Below, piece by piece: positions 35,115-44,474 of a DNA stretch of 64,000 bases. A model generated the notes under the pieces. That model ran no database searches. It saw only the letters and a program-made list of their open reading frames with translations, and was not told the DNA's origin. The stretch's first letter is position 1. Each line of letters starts with the position of its first letter. The position numbers and the translations under genes were made by a program. Source of the DNA: Candidatus Kaiserbacteria bacterium RIFCSPHIGHO2_01_FULL_53_29 (GTDB taxonomy: Bacteria; Patescibacteriota; Minisyncoccia; Phycocordibacterales; UBA2100); assembly GCA_001781125.1 (NCBI GenBank), contig MFKT01000001.1, forward strand, positions 3,630 to 67,629, in the 5' to 3' direction.

Positions 35115-36713
35115 TTAGAGCGCAAGCACTTGAGTCTGGGCACTTCCATACGGTCTCACAGATCTCAAGTAGTTGAGTGCGTACAGGAGAACGTTCTTGA
35201 ATATCTCAAGAATTTGTATTAGCGCCCCGTTTTGCTTCGTTGCATTGACCGGGACAGGGTTTCCGGCAAGGTCGGGAGATGTGAACGTCTGCTGCGAGAT
35301 CGGCGGCGCCATGATGATGGGACGGGCGGGTGGTGCGGAGGCGAGGGTATTGGGATTTTGTGCTGTCACGTCGGAGTTTCCCGCAGTATCTACGGAGCTC
35401 GAAACATCAGTCCCCGTTACGGCTTGCAGCTCCACAGAATTCAAGAGGTCGTTGTTGAGGGAGAGGGGCGTTGTTGTCGTCATGATCGGCTGATTGACCG
35501 GATCCATCTGATTTTCGAACTGCCGGATGAGGTCGAAGGCGGAGAGGCTGCTCGTCGCTGTCCTTGACCCATCGTTACTATTCAGATTGAGCGCGAGCGG
35601 TTCTCCGGTGGTCGTTGAGGTCGCGGTAAGAAGATTGAGGAGCGAATTCTGCGAAGAATTTGCCGGTGTCAGTAAATTTGCAATTGACGATTGAGTCCCC
35701 AATGCCTCCGAGGAAATGCTGGATTGCGCAGGAAGTATCGGTTGCGCAGAGGATTGAGGCTGTTGCGGAAGCTGCTGCTGCATCTGTGGTTGCTGCATTT
35801 GAGGTGGGGGCAGTGGCGGTGGAGGAGGTGGGGGTGGCTGCATACCAAGTGCTTGGCGAATTTGATCGGCAAGTCCGGAGGAGGGCGATCCGCGCTCTGG
35901 AGCAGGGAGAAAACCATTTCCGCTCCCGCCACTGTTGCATGCGCCGCATTGTCCATGCCTGCCCTCCGCATTTTGGAAATGACCCGGGTCCCATCCATTG
36001 ACGCCGGTAATGGTACGGAGTCCAGATCTGCCAGCGTTGGCGTGCATCCATGGCAACAGTGCCTTGTTTGCGTTGAAGTCGGCCGCGAGTCCGTAATTAT
36101 GGTACGACTGGCAAGGGCCTGCTTTTGAGGCCCTGCTGGCGACGAGACCGTTTTGTTTCTCGGGGCCTCTATATGCGTCCGTGATTTTTGGCGGGCCGCC
36201 AGGAACTGCTTCCATGAATTTTTTCAACTTTTCCGCGAATTGTGTGTTGAGGCACGAGATATTCGCGTCTTTAGTCGCATGCTGTCGCAGCCAGAGTTTT
36301 GCTTCTCCGGCAGCTTGGCCGGTATTCGGATCTTTCGTATTCCACGGCATGCCGACTTGCGGATCCGGTATGCCAGCTGACTCCATTTTCGGTATATCGG
36401 CCGCTGTCGCGGGTCGTGTACCGACTGGAGTGCTGCCAGAGGTTTCTGGGGGTTCCGGTGACAGTAGTGTTGGGATAGTGGATAGGCTATCTTTCCAGCC
36501 ACTACAGAGCTGGTGTTTTGTTCCGGGGGGCGGTGCGACGTTGTACATCACGATGGGTCCCCACCCTTTGTTGAGGAGGTCGTTGTACTCTGCGCTCTCC
36601 CACACGACATCTTTACACTCCGCTCTGACATACAGCGGAACCGTAACCACTAGGACTGCGACGATAAGAAAAAACACGAACACTCCAGTGTCGTTCAGGT
36701 CAGTTCGAAACAT
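35115..36713 (-). CDS. Membrane-anchored peptidase M15-family (VanY/endolysin-like zinc D-Ala-D-Ala / L-Ala-D-Glu peptidase) domain protein with a Pro/Gln-rich linker and a conserved C-terminal domain; paralog 1
   Basis: N-terminal TM (VFVFFLIVAVLVVTVPLY). Motifs ITDAYRGPEKQ...SYHNYGLAADFN...DPGHFQ fit the M15 zinc-ligand pattern (S.[FY]R..Q / S.H..G.A.D / H). The PPPPPPPPLPPPQMQQPQMQQQ linker is followed by a C-terminal roughly 170 aa about 70% identical to the neighbour. The start is taken at the ATG; the listed ORF starts at an upstream GTG. Confidence 0.6.
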   Translation of the reverse strand: MFRTDLNDTGVFVFFLIVAVLVVTVPLYVRAECKDVVWESAEYNDLLNKGWGPIVMYNVAPPPGTKHQLCSGWKDSLSTIPTLLSPEPPETSGSTPVGTRPATAADIPKMESAGIPDPQVGMPWNTKDPNTGQAAGEAKLWLRQHATKDANISCLNTQFAEKLKKFMEAVPGGPPKITDAYRGPEKQNGLVASRASKAGPCQSYHNYGLAADFNANKALLPWMHANAGRSGLRTITGVNGWDPGHFQNAEGRHGQCGACNSGGSGNGFLPAPERGSPSSGLADQIRQALGMQPPPPPPPPLPPPQMQQPQMQQQLPQQPQSSAQPILPAQSSISSEALGTQSSIANLLTPANSSQNSLLNLLTATSTTTGEPLALNLNSNDGSRTATSSLSAFDLIRQFENQMDPVNQPIMTTTTPLSLNNDLLNSVELQAVTGTDVSSSVDTAGNSDVTAQNPNTLASAPPARPIIMAPPISQQTFTSPDLAGNPVPVNATKQNGALIQILEIFKNVLLYALNYLRSVRPYGSAQTQVLAL

Positions 36714-36771
36714 ACAGAGAAGTATACAGAGAAAATCACTGCTCACTTCCGGCGACTGTACAAGTACTCAC

Positions 36772-38421
36772 TTATATTTGCACGGCTGCACGGCTTCCGA
36801 ACGGTTTCAAATACTCAAGCGCGAGGAGCAGCGTATCCCTGAAGATCGTAAGAATTCTTATGAGCACCGCATCGTTTTGCTTCGCTGCTGGTATATTGGC
36901 AGACACAGGAGCATTGCCAAGGTCGGGAGATGTGAACGTCTGCTGCTGCGAGATCGATGGCGCCATGATAATGGGACGTGTTGCTGGCGTCGCCGTCGCA
37001 TAGACGATGCGACCACTGATATTTTCGGGCGCTGTTGCATCCGAAGAAGGCCCAATGTCAATTGGAATATAAACATCAGTCCCCGTTGCCGCATTTAGTG
37101 CACGGGGGAAAGCAGCTTGCAGCTCCACAGAATTCAAGAGGTCGTTGTTGAGGGAGAGAGGGGTTGTTGTTGTCATGATCGGCTGATTGACCGGATCCAT
37201 CTGATTTTCGAGTTGCCGGATGAGGTAGAAGGCGGAGAGGCTACCCGTCGCTGCCCCCGACCCATCGTTACTATTCAGATTGAGCGCGATCGGTTCTCCG
37301 GTGGTCGTTGAGGTCGCGGTCAGAAGATCGAGAATTGAATTCTGCCCAGCTGAAATTGGTGAATTTGGTATCGTCAGGAGACTTGCGGGTGATGATTGAA
37401 TCGGTAGATTCGAAGAGACCGTCGGCTGTGTAGAAAGAGTTGGTTGAGCCTGAAGCGTTGGTTGAGTGGAGAGCGCCGGTTGTATCGACGACTGAGGCTG
37501 TTGGGGAAACTGCTGCTGTGGCGGCATCTGCGGTTGCTGCATTTGAGGTGGTGGCGATGGCTGCTGAGGCGCGGGCGGTTGCGGCGGGAGTTGAGGTTGT
37601 TGTCCCTGTCCGTTAGTTAGGCACTGCGATTGCTGGACCGTCCCGGGTGGCGCGATGACGGGAGGATTGAGACTCGTGAAGCACTCCGCGGTGTTCATGG
37701 CTGATGAACCCTGCGCCCAATCCCGTATCCCGCTCGTTATTCCGGAAGTAGGTGTGGTTTGAGATGTTTGAGGAGGTGGGGTGTTGGCTGGGGTACCCGC
37801 AACCCCACTGCATGACGGGCTGCGCATGTTCGTTGGTTGCATGTGCGGCCTGTCGCCCATGCCGAGCGGAAAGCCGACGCCAAATTGCGGACTCGCTCTC
37901 GCGAACGCATGCAGTTGCGCATAGTTGCCGCTTGCCGGATTCACGTCCATAGCCATTCCTATTTGGTGGTTGGAATTCGTCGCTCCTCTGGCCCTCGCAT
38001 TCTCCGTGCGGTCGCATTGGATGCTTGCAGGCGAGCGCGGCCCGCATCGGAAGGCCGACACGACAAAGATAGGCCCGTATTTCTGTGCGTATGCTTTGAG
38101 AAAATTAGCCGCGCACGTTGCAAACGCGTTGTTTAGCTTGTCGATACGACCTCCTGAGGTCGGTGGAGCTTTTGAATTCCGCAGGTCTCTCGCTATGCTC
38201 TGTAAATATGCTTTCGCTGCTCCGGCGTCGTTGGTGATTCCCGCTTTGGTATCACCGGGACAAACGGGTCTTCCCGGTAGAGCACCTGCGCGGACTTCAC
38301 CTGGAGTAGCCGTATGACCCGCCGAGCCATCAGCACAAGGACCTGCCGATTCCGTGAAAAGCGGGCCGAGGATCACTAGTGCAAAAGGGACGGCCAATAG
38401 GGCAGATACCTTGAGAGACAT
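36772..38421 (-). CDS. Secreted peptidase M15-family domain protein with a Pro/Gln-rich linker and a conserved C-terminal domain; paralog 2
   Basis: Signal peptide MSLKVSALLAVPFALVILGPLFTESA. Motifs VVSAFRCGPRSPASIQ...SNHQIGMAMDVN...DRPHMQ fit the M15 pattern. The linker is PQPPAPQQPSPPPQMQQPQMPPQQQ. The C-terminal domain (TTTGEPIALNLNSNDGS...NQPIMTTTTPLSLNNDLLNSVELQA) is shared with 35115..36713. A shared upstream motif CTGTATACTTC sits just before both start codons. Confidence 0.6.
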   Translation of the reverse strand: MSLKVSALLAVPFALVILGPLFTESAGPCADGSAGHTATPGEVRAGALPGRPVCPGDTKAGITNDAGAAKAYLQSIARDLRNSKAPPTSGGRIDKLNNAFATCAANFLKAYAQKYGPIFVVSAFRCGPRSPASIQCDRTENARARGATNSNHQIGMAMDVNPASGNYAQLHAFARASPQFGVGFPLGMGDRPHMQPTNMRSPSCSGVAGTPANTPPPQTSQTTPTSGITSGIRDWAQGSSAMNTAECFTSLNPPVIAPPGTVQQSQCLTNGQGQQPQLPPQPPAPQQPSPPPQMQQPQMPPQQQFPQQPQSSIQPALSTQPTLQAQPTLSTQPTVSSNLPIQSSPASLLTIPNSPISAGQNSILDLLTATSTTTGEPIALNLNSNDGSGAATGSLSAFYLIRQLENQMDPVNQPIMTTTTPLSLNNDLLNSVELQAAFPRALNAATGTDVYIPIDIGPSSDATAPENISGRIVYATATPATRPIIMAPSISQQQTFTSPDLGNAPVSANIPAAKQNDAVLIRILTIFRDTLLLALEYLKPFGSRAAVQI

Positions 38422-38459
38422 TCTCGAAGTATACAGAAGAAAAACTCCAGCCCCTTTTC

Positions 38460-39050
38460 CTATGTGGACTGTTTTGTCGTATTGCCCAGGCACACTCCGT
38501 CGGCCCAGAGACCTCGTTTAGCCGCTTGCGCTTCCTGTTCTGCTGCTTTGAATTCGGCTTGGTATTTGTACGGAAGGCGATAGGTGTATTCGTGGCCGAA
38601 GCCATTCTCGATCATGAATTTCTCGTAGTTTGTTCCATTGAGCAGAAAGACATAGGCGAGCGTACGGCCGTACTTATCATATGTATCTTGCGAAGCGTCA
38701 TATTCGAGTCGCACATACTGGCTGTCGAGAAGTTTGTGCCCCTCATCGGAAGCTTCGCGCGCAAAACATTGTACGGGTTTGCGCGGGTCGACAATCTCCG
38801 GCGTGTCGAGTCCGATAATGCGGATGCGGGTCAGTGCGGCGTCCATCACGACGTCGATCGTATCGCCGTCGATGACCTTGGCAACGGGGTAAACATCGGG
38901 CGTTGTGGTTGCAGGCTGTATCGTTGCAGCCGCAAGCGCGCTTTGCGCCGCTTTATGATTCGCAATCGGCGCAAGGGCGGTGCGGCCTGCAAGAATGGCG
39001 AGTGTAGCAAAAATCACCGCGGCTCCGTACAAAAGTGAACGCACATTCAT
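38460..39050 (-). CDS. Secreted thermonuclease (staphylococcal nuclease/SNase-like)
   Basis: Signal peptide, then VIDGDTIDV...RIRIIGLDTPE...YGRTLAYVFLLNGTNYEKFMIENGFGHEYTY...AKRGLWAD matches the SNase fold signature. Confidence 0.8.
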   Translation of the reverse strand: MNVRSLLYGAAVIFATLAILAGRTALAPIANHKAAQSALAAATIQPATTTPDVYPVAKVIDGDTIDVVMDAALTRIRIIGLDTPEIVDPRKPVQCFAREASDEGHKLLDSQYVRLEYDASQDTYDKYGRTLAYVFLLNGTNYEKFMIENGFGHEYTYRLPYKYQAEFKAAEQEAQAAKRGLWADGVCLGNTTKQST

Positions 39051-39064
39051 TTCGAGATTATACG

Positions 39065-39112
39065 CATAAAAAATCGTGGGCGCGGCGGAGAGGTTCTACT
39101 CCCGCCGCGCCC
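39065..39112 (-). terminator. Strong rho-independent terminator (minus strand) after gene 39127..39693
   Basis: 11-12-bp GC stem GGGCGCGGCGG...CCCGCCGCGCCC followed on the minus strand by a TTTTTTATG run. TATAAT lies immediately upstream of the nuclease start. Confidence 0.7.
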
Positions 39113-39126
39113 GTTCGCGCCACCAG

Positions 39127-39693
39127 TCAGGCCGCAATGCCAAGTGCGGACAGAAGCGCGTGCCCCCTCTCATCGTCCGAAGGGGGAGGTTTCCAGGATC
39201 CCGGCTCGCTCTTGACCGTATGGCCGAGTGCCATCAGGAGGTCGATCGTGAGTGCCGCCGCGTCTGCAGTCATGCCGGGAGCAAAGGCGATCTGCTCCAG
39301 CGTGAGCGGGTTCTTGCCTTTCTCGCCGGGGATCACCGTTCTTTGTGTGACCTTTTTCTTCCCGACGATGTCTTCGACTGTCATCACGCCGATGAACGAT
39401 AGGGCGTTTCGCGCACATTCGCCGTGCTTCTTCAACTCCTCGTCGCTCCAGCGCGTGTTCAAGAGGATCACTCTTGTGAATGTGAACGCGAAGAACCCCC
39501 GAATCGGAGCATTTTTCAGGAGCTCGGGCCTGTTCGCTTCTTTCGTAGGCTTCAGCGTGTGGAGCTGGTTCGAGACGCATCTCGCGGCACTGACCAGCTC
39601 TAACCTATCGCGACGTTCTATCATTTTCCACCTCACATTTCGGACATCGGTGTCCGCCAATGAAACACTGCCCGAATGAGAAGCTCGTGTCAA
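39127..39693 (-). CDS. Hypothetical protein (possible start at the internal ATG near 39622)
   Basis: A 188-aa ORF ending at a strong terminator. No family was recognised. Confidence 0.45.
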   Translation of the reverse strand: MTRASHSGSVSLADTDVRNVRWKMIERRDRLELVSAARCVSNQLHTLKPTKEANRPELLKNAPIRGFFAFTFTRVILLNTRWSDEELKKHGECARNALSFIGVMTVEDIVGKKKVTQRTVIPGEKGKNPLTLEQIAFAPGMTADAAALTIDLLMALGHTVKSEPGSWKPPPSDDERGHALLSALGIAA

Positions 39694-39739
39694 ACTTTCT
39701 GCATCAGTTGGAATATAACTAAATGAACGATACTATCAT

Positions 39740-41164
39740 TTGATGCGCTATATCTCGACGCGCGGAGGGGGCATTCCGCAGCCGTTTCTCAAAATACTGC
39801 TCGAGGGTCTTGCGCCCGATGGTGGTCTGTATGTGCCGGAAGAATATCCGAAACTCTTGGCCGAAGAACTTGAGGCGATGCGCAGCATGACATACCCCGA
39901 ACTTGCGTTTGCGATTCTCTCGAAATATATCGACGATATTCCGTCCGCTGACCTGCGGAAAATTATCTTTGATACGTATACAAAAGAGATATTTGGCAGC
40001 GAGACAATAGTGTCGCTTAAAAAACTCGAAGACAATCTCTATCTTCTCGGCCTCTCGGAGGGTCCGACGCTTGCATTTAAGGATATCGCGCTCCAGCTTC
40101 TCGGCAGACTCTTCGAGTACGCACTGGCATCCGCCGGAGGAAAAGACAAGGGAACTTTGAACATCCTCGGTGCGACGTCGGGCGACACGGGAAGCGCCGC
40201 GGAGTATGCGATGCGTGGGAGAGCAGGTATTCGCATCTTTATGCTCTCACCGCTCGGTCGTATGAGCGATTTCCAGCGCAAGCAGATGTACACGCTTCAA
40301 GATAAAAATATTTTCAATATCGCCATCAAGGGTACTTTCGATGATTGTCAGGATATTGTGAAGAAAGTGAATGAAGATGGGGAATTCAAGCACGCACACC
40401 ACCTCGGGGCGGTGAATTCGATAAATTGGGCCCGCATCCTTGCGCAGACCGTTTATTACTTTTGGGGATACTTTCGAGCGACGCGCGCAAATACCGAACA
40501 TGTCTCTTTTGCGGTGCCGACAGGGAATTTTGGTGATATCCTCGCGGGCTGTATCGCGCGGCGTATGGGTCTCCCTATCAAACACCTCATTCTTGCGACC
40601 AATGAAAACAACGTGCTCGAAGAATTCTTTACGACCGGTGTCTACCGCCCGCGCACCGGCGCGGAAGTTGCAGTTACGTCGAGCCCATCGATGGATATCT
40701 CGAAAGCGTCTAATTTTGAACGCTATGTATTCGATCTTGTCGGCCGCGATGCTTCCCGTATGCAAAAGCTCTGGAGTGACCTCGCAGAGAAAGGCGCGTT
40801 CGATATTTCCGGCTCGCCGGATTTTGCACGCATTCCGGCAACCGGCATCGTTGCGGGCAGAAGTACGCACGCTGATCGTCTTGCGACAATTCGCTCGGTC
40901 CACGAAAAATACGGCGCCCTCGTCGATCCGCATACCGCCGACGGAGTTACAACTGGACTCAAGCACCGCGAGGACAGTGTGCCTCTGATATGCCTTGAGA
41001 CCGCGTTGCCCGCAAAATTTGCCGACACCATCCGCGAAGCGATCGGTATCAATCCCGATTTGCCGGCAAGTTTTCAGACTCTTGCAACCCTTCCCGAACG
41101 ATTTGAGATTTTGGCTACGAACGTCGATCTAATCAAGAAATACATAGCCGCACACACCTACTAG
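39740..41164 (+). CDS. thrC: Threonine synthase
   Basis: The PLP-lysine motif GPTLAFKDIALQ and a 474-aa length fit the long-form threonine synthase family. Confidence 0.85.
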   Translation: MMRYISTRGGGIPQPFLKILLEGLAPDGGLYVPEEYPKLLAEELEAMRSMTYPELAFAILSKYIDDIPSADLRKIIFDTYTKEIFGSETIVSLKKLEDNLYLLGLSEGPTLAFKDIALQLLGRLFEYALASAGGKDKGTLNILGATSGDTGSAAEYAMRGRAGIRIFMLSPLGRMSDFQRKQMYTLQDKNIFNIAIKGTFDDCQDIVKKVNEDGEFKHAHHLGAVNSINWARILAQTVYYFWGYFRATRANTEHVSFAVPTGNFGDILAGCIARRMGLPIKHLILATNENNVLEEFFTTGVYRPRTGAEVAVTSSPSMDISKASNFERYVFDLVGRDASRMQKLWSDLAEKGAFDISGSPDFARIPATGIVAGRSTHADRLATIRSVHEKYGALVDPHTADGVTTGLKHREDSVPLICLETALPAKFADTIREAIGINPDLPASFQTLATLPERFEILATNVDLIKKYIAAHTY

Positions 41165-41218
41165 TTGCGCATTACCAGAGCGAGTGAGAGACTAAAAGGA
41201 CTTAGCAACGTAAAAATA

Positions 41219-41752
41219 ATGAGTATGCCAGATGGAAGTACGAATGCGCCCGCTACGTCGGGCTCGGGGAACAAGATGTGGTACATTATCGGCGGCATTG
41301 TAATCCTGCTTCTGCTTGGATGGGTGCTGATGCGCGGCGCTCCATCCATGATGGGAGCGGCGGGAGTGAATACGGACCGGAATACGGACGGCTCAACCAC
41401 CTATAGCAACAGCGAAGGGAGCGTAACGGTCGGCGCCACCAGCATGCCGGACAACTGGCCCTCGGACGCCCCCGCCATCTACTCCGGCGGCACCATCCAG
41501 TATTCCGGTTCTTCGAATCCGCAGACGGGGCAAGCGGGCTCGGTGGTCGTGTATTCGGCGAAGGCAACGGTCTCGAGCGTCGTTGAGTATTACAAAGCGC
41601 AACTTGCACAAGCCGGATGGACACTCGAGGGTACGGCAAATTCCGCCGGAACTACGATAATTTCCGCCAAGAAGGACACGCGCACGTTTGGGATTTCTGT
41701 TGCAGACACCGGGACCGGGACGGTCCAGGTGACGGCGGGGATCGGGATGTAG
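41219..41752 (+). CDS. Hypothetical membrane-anchored protein with an S/T/G-rich extracellular domain
   Basis: TM helix WYIIGGIVILLLLGWVLM. The remainder is polar and resembles DUF4352-like beta-rich lipoprotein domains (tentative). Confidence 0.5.
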   Translation: MSMPDGSTNAPATSGSGNKMWYIIGGIVILLLLGWVLMRGAPSMMGAAGVNTDRNTDGSTTYSNSEGSVTVGATSMPDNWPSDAPAIYSGGTIQYSGSSNPQTGQAGSVVVYSAKATVSSVVEYYKAQLAQAGWTLEGTANSAGTTIISAKKDTRTFGISVADTGTGTVQVTAGIGM

Positions 41753-41828
41753 CGTCTTTGGCTTTGGAGGTGGTAGAGGGGTATACCCCGTAGTAGAGCC
41801 TTGCTTCACTACAGGGTATACTTAAGGC

Positions 41829-42530
41829 ATGAGTCGCCTGTTCACGTACCTCGTCGCTCTGGTCGTCTTTCTCGGGGCGGGGTATTTTCTCGTGACTCGC
41901 TTGCAGGCGCCGCAGATCTCAACTGTTGCTACGACCACACCACAGGTGCAAGTGCAAGTGCAAGACAGCGTTCGAATTACGACGGCGAATGTGCAGGAAG
42001 AAACGCCGCAATACAAAATTGACGTGCAGTACCCGCAATTTGGGATGCCCGTTATTGATGCGCAGATAAAAAAGAATGTTGACGAGACAATAACCGAGGT
42101 CAAAGGCTTTCCCGCCAATCCGCCCGACTTGTCGAGCCCGCAAAATGAGCTCACGATGCGGTTTGATTCCGCGTATATCGGACCCGACGTGATAAGCGTC
42201 AAGCTCATCATTTCGCAGTACACCGGCGGCGCACACCCCAACACGCTCTTTAGCGGACTCAATTTCGACCGCGCTTCCAATCAGCAACTTCTTCAAGACG
42301 ATGCGTTCAAGATGATAGGACTCACGGTCGCTCAAGTGTCTGTGGCGGCGACCGAACAGCTCAAGTCCAAACTCGGCGAGGGAATGTTTACCGAGGGCGC
42401 CAATTCCAATCCCGGAAATTTCAGCTCGTTTGTGATCTCCGCCGAAAAAGTCACCTTTATTTTCCAACCATACCAAGTGGCCGCCTACGCTGCTGGTCCG
42501 CAGGAGGTATCGTTTGCGAGAGTGAAATAG
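41829..42530 (+). CDS. DUF3298/DUF4163 (RsiV/PdaC N-terminal-like) domain protein, membrane-anchored
   Basis: N-terminal TM plus the QYTGGAHPN motif characteristic of DUF3298. Confidence 0.6.
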   Translation: MSRLFTYLVALVVFLGAGYFLVTRLQAPQISTVATTTPQVQVQVQDSVRITTANVQEETPQYKIDVQYPQFGMPVIDAQIKKNVDETITEVKGFPANPPDLSSPQNELTMRFDSAYIGPDVISVKLIISQYTGGAHPNTLFSGLNFDRASNQQLLQDDAFKMIGLTVAQVSVAATEQLKSKLGEGMFTEGANSNPGNFSSFVISAEKVTFIFQPYQVAAYAAGPQEVSFARVK

Positions 42531-42536
42531 AAACCA

Positions 42537-42761
42537 GTGGGGCTGTATGGTATAATGGCTCGTATGAAGCAAAAAAAGACGCGGACAAGTACTGGGAAAA
42601 AACAAAAAGAGGGATACGCACCGAAAGAACTTCATGCCCTGATGCATGCGTATATCGACGAGTCTGCTGAACAATTGCGCAAAGAACTACGGGCGGCATG
42701 GAAAAAGCAAGCCGTCCCTCGACGAGCTCGGCCTCGAGACCGACATGCAATTACAGTATAG
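42537..42761 (+). CDS. Small basic protein; possibly the antitoxin-like partner of the next ORF, or the 5' part of a frameshifted gene
   Basis: A 74-aa ORF overlapping the next ORF (42646..43095) in another frame. Confidence 0.25.
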   Translation: MGLYGIMARMKQKKTRTSTGKKQKEGYAPKELHALMHAYIDESAEQLRKELRAAWKKQAVPRRARPRDRHAITV

Positions 42762-43095
42762 GGATCAAGCGCAGTTTGAGCTCCAATCGTTCGTCGATGC
42801 GTACAAGACTCTCTTTCGAGAGATCTATCTCGATTCAGGCTTGTGGAATGAGAAGCAAATTATAGAGGGGTATGCCGCGAACGCGCACAAAATCTACGAT
42901 AACATCACGAAGACAATCGACACACACCTTTCCGAATCCAGAGTGACTGGACGTAAGCGAGTGAAGGGCAACCGGTACACGATACTTTTGAATGTCGGCA
43001 GTCGGTTGGTCATTGTCTACTATTCGGAAGACAAAAAACAGAATATTCGCTGGGTCGAATCAATCTCCATCGACCGCAAGCCAATCATTTTTTGA
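42646..43095 (+). CDS. Hypothetical protein with a RelE/ParE-like C-terminal region (tentative)
   Basis: The C-terminal ...GRKRVKGNRYTILLNVGSRLVIVYYSEDKKQNIRWVESISIDRK resembles RelE/ParE toxin beta-strands. The evidence is weak. Confidence 0.3.
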   Translation: MRISTSLLNNCAKNYGRHGKSKPSLDELGLETDMQLQYRDQAQFELQSFVDAYKTLFREIYLDSGLWNEKQIIEGYAANAHKIYDNITKTIDTHLSESRVTGRKRVKGNRYTILLNVGSRLVIVYYSEDKKQNIRWVESISIDRKPIIF

Positions 43096-43356
43096 TATTA
43101 AACAGCTACCAAGTCGGCCCTCATTACACCGGACCGCAGGAGGTTTTGTTCGATAGGGGAAAATAGCACTTTACAGGATAAGCGTTGGGTATACGATTGC
43201 GGTATTAGCGGCGTAACTTTTTATGAGTATGGATGAATGTAATTGCGGGGAGCACTCGACGTGCAAGCCGGGCGATGAGAAGTGCACCGGATGCGGCAAG
43301 ACCTGCCCCACGAATCGTTCGAAGATAGAAGCGGAAGAGTAGGAGGAATGTGTAAC

Positions 43357-43395
43357 CAAAAGCCGCCGCGTCAGACGCGGCGGCTTTTGGTTTTG
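43357..43395. terminator. Bidirectional rho-independent terminator
   Basis: AAAAGCCGCCGCG-TCAGA-CGCGGCGGCTTTTGGTTTT has a perfect 9-bp GC stem flanked by an A-run and a T-run. Confidence 0.7.
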
Positions 43396-43577
43396 TGGAA
43401 ACTAGTGAATGACGTTAGAACCTTTGTCGAGGAAATCGAAAATACGACGTACATACTTGGTTTTGTGGAATTTGCAAAAACATGTGAGCAGAGGGTTGTC
43501 TAGCCAGGTTGTGGGAGTTCAGTAGAACCTACCCAAAAAGGTATATACTCGCCTAATAGATTAATAATTATTTGAAT

Positions 43578-43932
43578 ATGAATACAAATAATTATTTTAG
43601 GTATCGTAGTTGTCATTCTTGTTGGAGGAGGCATTTATTTTTATTCACAAAAGCAAAACACTTCTGCGGATGGCTGGTCGCAGTACACCAACGATTGGAG
43701 TATTACATTTAACCATCCTTCAGATTGGGAACGCACAGGGTTCGGTACTAAAGAAAGTGATGAGGCTACTTCGGCGATTCGTGTGGCAGGAGATGGATCA
43801 AGTGTCACATTCAACAAAAACGGAGAAGGAACTGCGCTTTCTGGCTGCAATGGAATGAGTGCCGTTGTCGTTGGCGCATCAGAAACTACAAATAAGATTA
43901 TTGCCTCGGTGAGATGTTCGATAGGGGAATAG
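43578..43932 (+). pseudogene. Frameshifted small membrane-anchored protein gene in a low-GC decaying region
   Basis: The ATG at 43578 (MNTNNYF...) is out of frame, by one base at a TTTT run, with a long stop-free frame 43582..43932. That frame encodes a TM helix (GIVVVILVGGGIYFY) plus a soluble domain ending ...CSIGE*. No in-frame start codon exists. Confidence 0.3.
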
Positions 43933-44474
43933 AAACAAAACAAAGCCAGAAAAACTCTGTCCTGTCGATCTTTATAGAACCTTTATTCCGTAATGCTGCG
44001 CAAAACAGAATATGGAAGAACGTGAATAACATGTACTTATGTGGAGATGGCGAGAATTGCACTCGCGTCCAGAGAAGAGAATATGAACGATTCTACACAA
44101 CGTAGATTATTCTGAATTTTCGTCGCGGTGCATCAAGAACAATCAAAAGTGCATCGCGCTTACCTCTCTTTCTTGAAAGCAGTGCGCGGAGTGACGCAGA
44201 GCTCGAGTCAATTGATTATGGCGTTCGAATCAGAGCAAATGACAACTGCTGATTGAACGGTCGTTCGAGCTGTTTAGGCAAAAACGAGGCCGAGGTCTTT
44301 CGCCTGAATCGGAGAAAGAACCCCCCGTGCTACTTTGTTCGCACTTGAGTTTTGAGGCAGTTTAAAAAGATGCCACAACTTTGTTGCGCACAGACATATT
44401 CCTATTTCCCTGTCGAAACTGATCATCCCCCACCCACGATTCTACGAGAGAATCATGGGTGGGGAAGGACAAGG

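Noticed and set aside
36181-37098. 305-aa plus-strand ORF spanning the junction of the two M15 paralog genes
   Set aside because: It crosses an intergenic gap between two well-supported minus-strand genes and has Cys/Arg-rich shadow composition.
43222-43342. A small Cys-rich peptide that looked metallothionein-like on first reading (CNCGEHSTCKPGDEKCTGCGKTC)
   Set aside because: Re-indexing the sequence showed I had dropped a base. The actual frames give either an 18-aa peptide or a 36-aa ORF (MNVIAGSTRRCKPGDEKCTGCGKTCPTNRSKIEAEE) with only 4 Cys. That is too weak to call; it is noted only as a possible micro-ORF preceding the terminator.
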